Notes: a model not told the origin generated them from the sequence alone. Counted from the first letter of the stretch, positions 36,310 through 47,304 are shown. The stretch is DNA of 50,679 nucleotides from Hypanus sabinus (GCF_030144855.1 NC_082712.1:137281322-137332000), one strand, 5' to 3'. Numbers and translations: made by a program.

Positions 36310-36393
36310 CACTTCATGTCTTATAAATGATGCCGAGTACTGCCAAAGTACAAATAATAATTGCAGCAATTGCAGCAATATGATTCCTGGGTC
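36310..36393 (-). CDS. NCR3LG1: Transmembrane exon ([26 protein letters not shown])
   Basis: tttacag|GA acceptor, G|gtaagg donor, 84 nt symmetric phase 1, 19-residue uncharged hydrophobic stretch, TGA at 36314-36316. Confidence 0.85.
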
Positions 36394-39300
36394 CTGTAAA
36401 TTTTAAGAATAAAAAAAAACATCAGCTAAAATTTGATCATTTGAAGTAATGTATTGGCTTAACTTGTCAGGATGATCCTTTGTATTTTAACACAGTACTT
36501 ATACAGATTTGGTGCAATTAAGAACAATGGAACAACCATGAAATCTGGAAAAGAAGTAAAGAGACTCAAAGCTAAAAATGAACATGAAGTATAAACAGAT
36601 AAAATATTACTTCAGACTTTCACATTGAAAGAACTGAGTGTGGTATATTTCCTAAACAATGATTTTATATTCTATTGGCATAGATGGGATAGAATTCTTA
36701 GAAATGATAAAGTAATTACATCTCACCATCAGCCAAGAGCTGAAAATAATATAACATGAAGAATATAATTAATGTGTTGATCATCTCCTTTCACACACAG
36801 AATTTACCCACAGATTAGAAAGCAAGAGCAAGCCTCTATGAATAAATGGAAAGCATTGGTCACCAAGATTAATCTTAATCCAGTTATGGCCACAAAGGAG
36901 ACATCTTATCTCACTTCACCAAGAAAGAAGTGGGGACAAATGTAAAATCCTCACCAGGCCTAAGAAAAAGACTAACAAAAGAAAAGGTTATCCTTCTTCC
37001 CTGTCCCAGCTGTGAGAGTTTTCTCTGCCATACTTCTTCAGCCCAACCAATTTCTCCCTCAATTCTCCATGTTATCCATTTGTTTTGCCATGAAGTTCCT
37101 TGATTTCCCTTTGATAGACCTGCAGATTATATTTCTTTAAATGGAGTAGAATGGAATATAGTAAATCTGGTTGACAAAAAAAGTCAAATGTGGTTTGATC
37201 CCAGGCAGAAAATTGTCATTTGTTGATTGTGTTAAAGCTGGGGTTCCAAGCCTTTTTATGCCATGGATCCCTACCATTAACCAAGGGGTCTGTGGACCCC
37301 AGTTTGTGAACTCCTGTGTTAAAGATTTGTCTGATTTTTATCCTTGCTCACAACCTCAGCAAAAATGCATGAAACAAAAGCTACTGAGACAACTAGAAAA
37401 CAAGAAAAGAGAAGATATGATTGTAAGTTCAATGACATAAGATTTATAAACAGCTTAGGTTAAACACAGGAAAAAATTGACTTAGTTTACCATGTGATGC
37501 ACCATCAATAACTCACACTGAGACGTAGGCGAGATATCGGCTTTTATTGACTGGAAGAAGGAACCAGGAGTGAGTGTCTGTCATACAAGGTCCTGGAGAC
37601 TGAGGCCGAGCGTCAGGCCGCAGGTCTCCTTTATACAGGGGCCTGTGGGAGGAGCCACAGGAGCAGTCAGCAGGGGCGTGTCCCGACAGGCACATAGTTC
37701 ACCACACCATGTGATTTACAGAGGGACAGAAATCCTTAATCAAACTTGGAATTCTCACATTGGACTGAGCAACGAGTCCTTCAGTGGAACACATATTTCC
37801 TAAGCTGAGAGTTCAAGTGCACATCAGATCTAATTCCTCAGTTTTCTTCATGGTTGGTGGTTGCATGCATTTGAAAGAGCTGACAGTTTTGGTTATTTTT
37901 TTTACATGTTTAATATTTAACTCTATTTAATAATATTCTTTATTATATTAGTTTTTATTTTGATGCAATAAATAAATGAAACAATTATTTAGCTCCGGTT
38001 TACATGAGCACTTTACAGGCAGGGATTGAAGCAATATAGACTGTGTGCAAACAGATGGGATCAGTTTAAATTGACATCTCCAGCCACGGGGCCTGTTCCT
38101 GTGTTGTACTGTTTTATGTTCAGTATTCCATATCTAAGTTTATTAAAGGTCAAAACCTTTTAGGGCAATTCAGGACACTCTGATTGACCTCCTGAGGGCT
38201 TGCAGCCTATGGCAGGGCTGCAAAAGGGAAGTGCCACTCTGCTGAAAGGAACAGAAAGAGCGGCTCAATGTGGTTGTTGGACTGGATCAGTGTCTAACTT
38301 TTCCAAACATCTTTTAAAAAAACAAAGTAAATGGATATACCATATGCCTATAAACTTGTCCTACGCACTCAACCCCATAGTTTTATCAGATGCACTTACT
38401 TCTCTGCTGTCTTCTAACTCCTTTTCTCATTAACGTTCTTCTATCAATCGAACTCACCTGGCACAGTGAGAGTCGATTCTATTGTAAAATCATCCTGAAA
38501 TGTTAGATGTCTCACTACACATCTGTACTTGTCACCATTATTGTTGAATGTTGGTTGAATCTTCAGTTGACTGTGAACATTAAAAGTGTTATCACTATTA
38601 GTGACAACCTGATTTGTATAACAGTCTGATGAAACAATTTCAGTTCCCAGTTTTGTAATTTTCACCCAGCCAATGTCCAGCTGCCGAGGGTAAAATCCAT
38701 TAACGTTGCATGTCAGGGAGCCTTCCGAACCATTCAGAATTGTTATGGAGTGTGAAGATATGCTAATGTTTGGTCGAGCTGTGCAAAAAAACAAATGTAC
38801 GGTTAAATAACTGCAGGTGTTGGAAATGGAAAACAGAAACAGACTATACCAGAAACACTAAGGAAATCAAGAAGTATCTGCAGGGTCATTTTCTCAGGTG
38901 AAGAACTCTCTGTCAGAACTGAAAAAGTTAGCATCACATGAGTCTCAAGTTCTAGAAGAGGAGAAAGGAATTCAACAGAGGGACAATCAGCAACAGAGTG
39001 TTATAATATTTATGGGAGATTTCAGTATGCAAATAGATTGGAAACATCTGGTTGTTGTTGGATCCCAGGAGAAGGACTTTGTAGAGTGACTATATGTTCA
39101 TTTTAGAGCATCTTGTGCCGAACCCTGCCAGAGAAAAAGTAGTTCTGGATTTGGTGTTATGTAATGAACCAGATTTGATTAGGGAGCTTAAAATAAAGGA
39201 ACACTGAGGAGGCAGTGATAATAGTATGATAGAATTCACCATGCAGTTTGAGAGGGAGATGATAAAATCAGATGCATCGACATCACAGTTGAGTAGAAGT

Positions 39301-42300
39301 AACTACAGAGGTACTAGTGAGGAGCTGGCCAAAGTTGATTGGAAGGGGACACTAGTCAGGATGACAATAGAGCAGCCATGGCAGGCATTTCTGGGAGTAA
39401 TTCAGAAGATGCAGGATCAGTTCATCACAAAGAAAAAGTACCCTAAAGGGAAAATCAGACAACCATGGCTGACAAGGGAAGTCAAAGACCACACAGAAGC
39501 AGAAGAGAGGGCACATAATATAGCAAAAAAATGAGTGGAAAGCTCGAGCATTTGGAAGCTTTAAAAAAAAAACAGAAGGTAACTGAAAGAGCAAGGAGAA
39601 AAGGAAAGATGAAATATGAAGGTAAACTTGCCAATAATATAAAAGAGGATATCAAAAGTTTTTCACGTATATAAAGAGTAAAAGAAAGGCCATGGGAAAA
39701 TGATGCTGAAGAGTTAGTAAGAGGAAAAACTGAAAATGTGGTGAACCTAATTAGTATTTTACACCAGTCTTCACTGTGGAAGGCACCAGCAATATGGCAC
39801 AAATTCAAAAGTGTCAGGGGCAGAATTGACTGTAATTACTATAACTAACAAGAATTTGCTTGGGAAGCTGAAAGGTCTGAGGCAGAGAAGTCACCTGGAC
39901 CAGATGGTGTACACCTCGAGGTTCTGAAAGAGGTGGCTGAAAATATTGTGGAGCCATTCATAATGGTCTTTCAAGAATCACTACATTCTGGAATGGTTCC
40001 AGAAGACCGGAAAATTGCAAATGTCACTCTACTCTTCAAGAAGGAAAAGAGGCAGAAGAAAGGAATCTATAGGCTATTTAGTCTGACCTCAATGATTGGG
40101 AAGATAATGGAGTCGATTATCAAGGATGAGATCTCAGGGTACTTGGAGGCACATGATAAAATAGGTCATAGTCAGTATGGTTTCCGCAAGGGAAAATCTT
40201 GCCAGAGAAATCTGTTGGAATTCTTTGCAGAAATAACAAGCAGGCTAGACAAAGTATACATGGATTTTCTGAAGGTCTTTGTCAAGGTACCACACATGAG
40301 GCTGCTTTACAAGCTATGAGTCCATGATATTACAGGAATGATTCTAGCATGGATAAAGCAATGTTTGGTTGGCAGGAGGCAATAAAGGGAGCCTTTTCTG
40401 ACTGGCTGCCGGTGACTAGTTGTGTTCCACAAGGGTCTTTGTTAGGACCAATTCTTTTTACATTATATGTCAATAATTTGAATGATGGAATTGATGGCCT
40501 GGTTACAAAGTTTGCAGCCAATATGAAGATAGGTGGAGGGGCAGGTAGTTTGCGGAAGAAGAGAGGATACAGAAGGAATTAGACAGATTGGCAAATGGGC
40601 AAAGAAATGGCAGATGGAATACAGCATCGAGAAGTGCATGGACATGCACTTTGGTAGAAGAAATGAAGGGGTTAACTGTTTTCTAAATGGAGAGAAAATA
40701 CAAAAAACTGAGGTGCAAAAGGACTTGAGAGTCCTTGAGCATGGTTCCCTAAAGGTTAACTTGCTGGTTAAATCTATGGTAAGAAAGGCAAATGCATCAG
40801 TAGTGCTCTTTCAGGAACCGCTAGATTCTGGAACAGTTTGGGAGGACTGGAAAATTGCAATGTTACTCCATTCTTTAACAAGGGAGGGAAGCAAAAACAG
40901 GAATTTATAGGCCAGCTAGCCTGACTTCAGTGGATGGGAAGATGTTAGAGTTTATTATTAAGGTGATGTTTTAGAATACTTGGAAGCACATGATAAAACA
41001 GGCCAAAGTCAGCATGGTTTCCTTAAGGGAAAATCTTGCCTGACAAATCTGTTGGAATACTTTGAAGAAGTTACAGGCATGACATACAAAGGAGAATAGG
41101 TGGATGTTGTTTATGTGAATTTTCAAAAGGCCTTTGACAAGGTGTTGCACAAGAGGCTGTAAAACAACTTAGGGGCACAGTAGATTGGCTGACTGGCAAG
41201 AGACAAAGAATGGGGAAAAAAGGGGAGGCTTGTCTGGTTTGCTGCTGGTGTCTGGTGGTGTTCTGCAAGTTCGGTATTGTGACCACTTCTTTTCATGTTA
41301 TGTCAGTGAGCTGGATTATAGAATCTATGGCTCTTTGGCCAAGTTTGCAAGGATAGATGGAAGGGCAGATAGTGTTGAGGAAGCAGGGAATCTACAGGTG
41401 GACGGACTGATTAGGAGATTTGGCAAAGTAGTGGTAGATGGAATAGACAACAGGGAAGTACATGCACTTTGCAATAAAGGTATAGCCAATTTTGAAAACG
41501 GAGGGAAAATTTAGAAATCCGAGGGGAAAAGGAACTTGGGAGACCTAGTGCATGGTTCCCTAAAGGTTAACTTGCAGGTTGTGTTGGTAGTATGGAAAGC
41601 AAATGCAATGTTAGCATTTGTTTCAAGAGGACTAGAATATTAGATTAGATTAGATGCAACTTTATTGTCATTGTCCGGAGTACAGATACAAAGCCAAATG
41701 AAATGCAGTTACCATCCAACCAGAAATGCAAAGAATAGTGTTATTCACAAAATAACTGAATAAAAATTAAGTGCTACGACACACAAATATAAAAGTACTG
41801 AGACAGTACAATATGGGTGCATTACTGCTTAGCGCCGTGATGTGAGGTTTGGCAGGGTCACAGCCTCAGGGAAGAAGCTCTTCCTGTGCCTACTGGTGCA
41901 GGAGTGGAGGCTCCTGTAGTGCCTACCAGATGGGAAGAGAGTAAAAGGTCCATGGTTAGGGTGAGATGCATCCTTGAGAATGCTTCTCGCCCTGCCCAGG
42001 CAGCATTTATGGTAGATGTTCTCAATGGTGGGCAATTGAGTGCCAATAATCCGCTGGGCAGTTTTCACCACACGATGGAGTCCTTTGCGGTCCGATACGG
42101 GACAATTGCCATACCACACTGAGATGCAGTTGGTGAGTATGCTCTCAATGGTACAGCGGTAAAAGTCCATCAGTAGCCTGGGACAAAGGTAAGCTTTCTC
42201 GATGCTCTGCAGGAAATAAAGGTGCTGTTGTGCCTTTTTGATCAGGATGGAGGAGTTCAGGGACCAGGTGAGATCCTCGGAAATATGGACATCACAGCTC

Positions 42301-45300
42301 CATTGATGTCGGTGGGGACGTGAGTGTGGCTCCTAGCATGCCTGAAGTCCACAATGATCTCCTTGGTCTTCTGGGTGTAAAGGGCCAGGTTGTTGTCAGC
42401 ACACCATGCGGCCAGGTGCTGGACCTCATCCCTGTAGGCCATCTCGTCATCCCCTCTGATCAGGCCAATCACTGTGGTGTCATCTTCAAACTTGATTACA
42501 GAGTTAGAACCACGTACAGGAACACAGTCAGAGGTGAAAAGGGAGTACAGAAGAGGGCTCAGCACACAGACTTGAGGTACGCCAGTGTTCAGGGTGAGAG
42601 TGGAGGAGGAGAGGTTGTCTAACTTAACAGATTGGGGTCTGTTAGTCTGAAAGTCCAAGGGCCAGTTGCAGAGGGATGAGCTGATACCAAACTGGCAAAG
42701 TTTGGTGATCAGCTTGGAGGGGTTCACAGTATTGAATGCCGAACTAAAATCAATGAACAACATTCTGACGTAAGAGTTGGGGCTGTCCAGGTGGGTCAGG
42801 GCAGGGTGAAATGCCATGGAGATGGCATCCTCTGTTGACCTGTTAGTGCGTTAGGCAATTTGATGGGGGTCCAGGATAGTGGACAGAAAGGATTTCAAAT
42901 GAGATAGAACCAGTCTCTCAAAGCACTTTGCAATGATGGGGGTGAGTGCAACTGGGTGGAAGTCATTCAGGCCCATGGCAGTGGAATATAAAAGCAAGGC
43001 TGAGGCTTTATAACACATTGGTCAGATAACGTTTGGAGTTTTGTGAGTAGTTTTAGGCCCCTTATTTAAGCAAAGCTGTGCTAACATTGGAGGGGGTTCA
43101 GAGGAGGTTTACGTGAATGATCTTGGGAATGAAAGGATTTGTGTATGAGGAGTGCATGATGGCTCTGGAACTGTACTCACTGGAGTTTAAAAGAATGAGA
43201 GGGGATCTATTGAAATCTACTGAATATTAAAAAACCTGGAGAGAGTGGATATGAAGGGCATGTTTTGAAAAGTGGGAGACTAGAGGGCACAGTCTCAGAG
43301 TAAAAGGATATCAGTTTAGAATAGAGATAGAAAGGATTTTCTTTAGCCAAAGGTTGGTGAATCTGTGGAATTCATTGCCACAGATGCCAATGGAGGACAA
43401 AGCATTGAGTATTTTTAAAGCAGATGTTGATAGGTTCTTGATTAGTACTGTAAATGTGTCAAAGGTTATGAGCAGAAGTCAGGAGAATGGGGCTGAGAGG
43501 GAAAGGAAATCAAAGAAAGAAAGAAAAAAGACAAAAATAAACAAATTAAAAGAGAGAGAAATGAAAGGGTAATTATGTGAAATTCAATACTGTCTACTGA
43601 GAGCCGTCACATGCTCAGATGAAAAACACCTCCCTGTTCCAGACAGCAAGAAAGAAAGAGTTCCCATGGTGCTCACCTTGCAACCCACCAACATTCATAT
43701 TTAATGGGTAAAAATCCATAAATTTTACCACCTTGATTTGATTTCATCACAAGGCAGACCTGTCAGTTTTCCTAAGGGATTGCTCACTCTGTGACCCCTC
43801 GTGTCCTCTTTAATCACCTCCAACCATTCCCTTTCTCTTGGCACTTTTCCTCATCGCTATAGGGAATGAAACAAGTGACGCTGGAGTGTGGTAACTCATT
43901 GTAAGTTTCTCTCTGCAGATTCACTGATTACTTCGATTATGGTGATTCTACCTTGCTGTACCACAATGTACAATGTAATGATCTGATCTGTATCAATGAC
44001 AATCTTTTCACTGCATCTCAGTACGTGACAATAATAAACCAATTCCAATTCCAATTCCTATGTCTTTTTCCTTTTCCCATTCCATTGTCCAATGACTCAA
44101 ACTGTTCTTCTAAATAAAGCAATAAATCACTTGAAGCTCTTCCAGTTTAGCACATAGCATTCAGTGCTCACAATGTGGTCTCATTTAAATTAAAATGAAA
44201 TAAAATACAGATAAACTGACTGTTTTGCAAAGTGCTTCCATTCAGTCAACAGGAAAGAGCCTGAGCATCCAATTATCTGCCTTTGAAATTCTCCTTTGCA
44301 TATTCGGTGTGTTCCCAGCTTCTTCTATTGCTCCAATAATTCATGTAAGAATGAAGAATAATATCTTACATTCCATCCTGCATTTTTCTGCCCCTGGGAC
44401 TCAACACGGAACTTAATAATACAGGTTACTGACCAATTTTCTTCACTCTCTACGGATGCTCTGTATTTTTTTTGTTTCACTTTGTCTTTTTTTCCCTTTA
44501 TTTCAAATTTTCTGACACTTTTGGTCTTCAGACACAGAACATTCATTTTTGCTTCAAACTTTCAAAGTATTTTCAAGATAATATTTTGTTTTATTCTTAC
44601 CCAACACTTTCATGATTGAAGTCTGTCCTGCACTTTCAGGAACGATGAATACAATGCAAGTGTATCTTCCTTCATCAGCAATCTGTACTTTTGGAAGACG
44701 AAGTGAAGCATTCCCCTTCATTAAATCAGCCTCAGAAATGTACGCACCAGATCGATTTTGAAATTGATTTCCTGTCTCATAAGAAAACACGGCTGTTTTT
44801 TCGTTAAGAGTCCATTTGACTCCTAGCTTGTCTAAGTCAATCTTCGCACCTGCAAAGTCAGTAACTTTGCATTTCAGACTAACATCTTCATTTATAAATA
44901 CTGTCAATGGGCTTGGAAACATCTCCAGATTAAATGCACCTTTAAAAGAAGCATAAATATTGCAAAGTTATAAAATCCCATTTAGATGTAATGTCACAAC
45001 AGCATTGCAAGATTGTCAATTCAAAGCACATTGACAGTTTCAGAACAAAACCTGTAAAAATTCTGTTGGTGCACTCTATCTTTGTATGTCCTCTAGAAGC
45101 ACTGCCTGCCAGGATGGGCCTACCTGGAAGCTCAGTGAGGATATTTTCATGGCTGGCTGAGATGTCAGCTATTAGTGTACACTTCCATGGTACAATTTTT
45201 CACTCATCAATCTGAACACATGTCCTAATATTTATTACAGATCAAGTCACAGTTGATTTGTGATTTTCATGTGCATTAACAAGCATTTCAATGGCAATAT

Positions 45301-47121
45301 GTAAGTGGATAATGAGTGAACAGAAAGACTTGACAATTAAAATGTGCAAGTTTCTTTGTGAGGAAGCACACATATTAATTGTCAAGCCTTTCCATTCATT
45401 ATTTATCCACTTGCAGATTGTCATTGAAATACGTACTACTGCACAGAGAACTATTCAACCCGCTGAGTCAATGCCAACCCCAGGCAGAAGAATTCTGTCA
45501 GTTATCCTTCCTTGTCTTACTTTCCCAGTAATCGATTCACCCTCACACATAGATATCGAACCACTGGAAAATGATGCTAGAGAGGTAGTAATGGGGGAAC
45601 AAGGAAATGGTAGACAAACTAAGCAGGTATTGTGCATATCAATCTTCACTGTGAAAGACACTAACAGTATGCTGGAAGTTCAAGCGTGTCAGGGGGCAGA
45701 AGTGTATGAAGCTGCTAGTCTAGGGAGAAGGTTCTTGGGAAACTGAAAGGTCTGAAGGTATGTGAGTCACCTGAACCAGACAGTCTACACCCCAGGTCTC
45801 TGAAAGAGATAGATGAAGAGATTGTGGAGGCATTGGTAGTGACCTTTCAAGATCAATTTATTCTGGCATGGTTCCAAAGGAATGGAAAATTGGAAATATC
45901 ACGCCAGTCTTGAAGAAGGAAATGAGGCAGAAGAAAGGATAGGCCAGTTTCAGCCCTAAACGTCGACTGTACTTTATTCCATAGATGCTGCCTGGCCTGC
46001 TGAGTTCCTCCAGCATTTTGTGTGTGGGAGTCCTTGTACAGGATTCCCTAAAGGTTAATGTGTAGGTTGAGTCTCTGGTGAGGAAGGCAAATGCGATGTT
46101 AGCATTCATTTCAAGAGGACTGGAGTATAAAAGCAAGGACATAATGTTGAGGCTTTAAAAGCATTGGGGAGGCCTCACTTGGAGGACTCTGAGCAGTTTT
46201 GGGCCCTTATCTAAGAAAGGATGTGCTGACATTGGAGAGGATTCAAAGGAAATTCACGAAAATGATTCTGGGATTGAAAGGCTTGTCACATAAGAACATT
46301 TGATGGCTCAGGTCTGTACTCACTGGAATTCAGAAGAATGAGGGGTGACTTCATTGAAACCTATCGAATGTCAGAAGGCCTCAATAGAGTGGATGCGGTG
46401 GGGATGTTTCCTATGGTGGGGGAGTCTAAGACCAGAATAGATTAGACCTTAGAATAGATGGGTATCCTTTTAGAATGAAGATGAGGAGGAATTTCTTTAG
46501 CCAGAGAGTGGTGAATCTGTGGAGGCCAAGTCATTTAGTATACTTAAGGCAAAGGTTGATAGATTCTTGATTAGTCTGGGCATAAAGGGATACGGGGAGA
46601 AAGCAGGAGATTGGGACTGAGAGGAAAGATGGATCAGCCCTGAAGAAATAGCGGAACAGACTCTATGAGCCAAATGGCCTACTTCTGCTCCTGTATCTTA
46701 TGTCCACTAGCTCCCTCCCAATACCTTTGCCACCAACCTATACTACAAGGTAATTTTCAGTTGTCAATGAGCCCACCCCCATGGTCACAAGGAGAACAAG
46801 CTCCTCACAGGCAGCACTTGAAGTCAGGATCAAATCTAGGATCTCTGGCACAGCACTAATGCAGTCCTTAACTGAATATACTGTACCTAGAAGATAAAAC
46901 ACGGAAAAATACAGTACATAACAGGCCCATTGGCCTTCGATGCCTGTGCTGCCTGTGAGGTAAATTTAAGTTTCATATCTGCCTGCACAAGGACTATATC
47001 CCGCCATTCCCTGTACATTCATGCATCTGTCTAAATGCCTCTTAAAAGTAGACTTAGATCATAATACTTTACCTGATGCTGAAATAAGTGAGACAATACC
47101 ACAAAGGGTCAGAATTTTCAT
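36314..47121 (-). CDS. NCR3LG1: NCR3LG1/B7-H6-like Ig-superfamily membrane protein, join(47073..47121,44601..44939,38458..38778,36314..36393), 262 aa: leader-IgV-IgC1-TM
   Basis: Four exons with canonical GT-AG sites, all phase 1, splice into one ORF: signal peptide, V-set, C1-set, hydrophobic TM. V and C motifs align by eye with B7-H6 ([26 protein letters not shown]...KVLARP; GFYP...[13 protein letters not shown]...YRCVVRH). This is a '-like' assignment; exact orthology is untested. Confidence 0.82.
37495..37706 (-). mobile_element. Solo LTR (212 bp) in intron 3, sense to the host gene
   Basis: Minus strand runs TGTGGTG...GCATCA with a 5-bp TSD ccatg (37490-94 and 37707-11), an internal TATAAAGG and AATAAA (37543-37548). 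Confidence 0.8.
38458..38778 (-). CDS. NCR3LG1: IgC1-set exon
   Basis: ttttttgcacag|CT acceptor, CAG|gtgagt donor, 321 nt. C1 motifs [11 protein letters not shown] and YRCVVRH. Confidence 0.93.
38985..41640 (+). mobile_element. CR1 LINE(s), composite and decayed, antisense in intron 2
   Basis: ORFs 39226-41514 with [10 protein letters not shown] and VPQGSLLGP. The RT region appears twice (39930-40800 and 40800-41640). Confidence 0.85.
41641..42983 (-). mobile_element. Rex1/Babar-like LINE inserted in CR1
   Basis: ORF 42257-42817: [16 protein letters not shown]...KFEDDTT. ORF 41829-42170 is the C-terminus. (tctaa)n tail; TSD gaatat at 41635-40 and 42984-89. Confidence 0.9.
42984..43510 (+). 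mobile_element. CR1 3' end (continuation of 38985-41640)
   Basis: Resumes at gaatataaaagcaagg. ORF 43354 reads VNLWNSLPQ...[11 protein letters not shown]. Confidence 0.85.
43600..43870 (+). mobile_element. Penelope-like fragment
   Basis: [15 protein letters not shown]-type motif, with similarity to the Penelope piece at 22500-22690. Confidence 0.5.
44601..44939 (-). CDS. NCR3LG1: IgV-set exon
   Basis: cttttaaag|GT acceptor, TGG|gtaaga donor, 339 nt. B-strand Cys (LKCKV), C-strand Trp (VKWT) and DEGRYTC motif. Confidence 0.93.
45285..45430. repeat. 146-bp imperfect palindrome (62-bp arms) in intron 1
   Basis: Arms 45285-45346 and 45369-45430 match at 52/62 positions by hand alignment, with a 22-nt loop. 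Confidence 0.9.
45547..46705 (+). mobile_element. CR1 LINE fragment with a Penelope terminal piece at ~45945-46025
   Basis: [12 protein letters not shown] as in the other CR1 copies, and a CR1 3' end near 46680-46705. The inserted segment is the reverse complement of the 19225 motif. Confidence 0.8.
46740..47045 (-). mobile_element. Decayed SINE-like segment plus short CR1 3' end
   Basis: ggtcacaaggagaacaagctcctcacaggcagc resembles tRNA-derived SINE bodies of cartilaginous fish. 46900-47045 resembles CR1 3' UTR. Confidence 0.4.
47073..47121 (-). CDS. NCR3LG1: Leader (signal peptide) exon [16 protein letters not shown]
   Basis: ATG with A at -3, a basic-then-hydrophobic 16-mer ending in small residues, and a CAG|gtaaag phase-1 donor that joins the V exon in frame. 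Confidence 0.85.
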
Positions 47122-47235
47122 CCTTACTTCAACCTTTCAAAGCATTTTCTGCCAATTATATCCATGAATAGTTTAATTAAAGTAGAAAAACTATTCTACT
47201 TCCATTACGACACGAACTTTTGTACACTTCATTCT

Positions 47236-47304
47236 AAGTGAAAGTAAATGAAGCATTCACTTTCGTTTGATATGAAGAGTACAAAGGTTGTAATATTAGG
47301 GCGG
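47236..47304. promoter_or_regulatory. Putative proximal promoter: two opposed IRF-E-like motifs and a GC box
   Basis: AAGTGAAAGT at 47236-45 (+), AAACGAAAGTG at 47268-58 (-) and GGGCGG at 47299-304, all 115-185 bp upstream of the ATG. Confidence 0.4.

Noticed and set aside
36314-36316. Selenocysteine or programmed readthrough at the TM-exon TGA
   Set aside because: The context is TGA-A rather than the TGA-CTAG readthrough motif. I could not identify a SECIS, and the family is not known to be selenoprotein.
36166-36378. 70-aa [15 protein letters not shown]... resembling a signal peptide
   Set aside because: It is a different frame over the TM exon. The spliced phase-1 frame explains the region.
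45291-45746. 151-aa plus-strand ORF
   Set aside because: It is a chance fusion of the intronic palindrome and a CR1 fragment.
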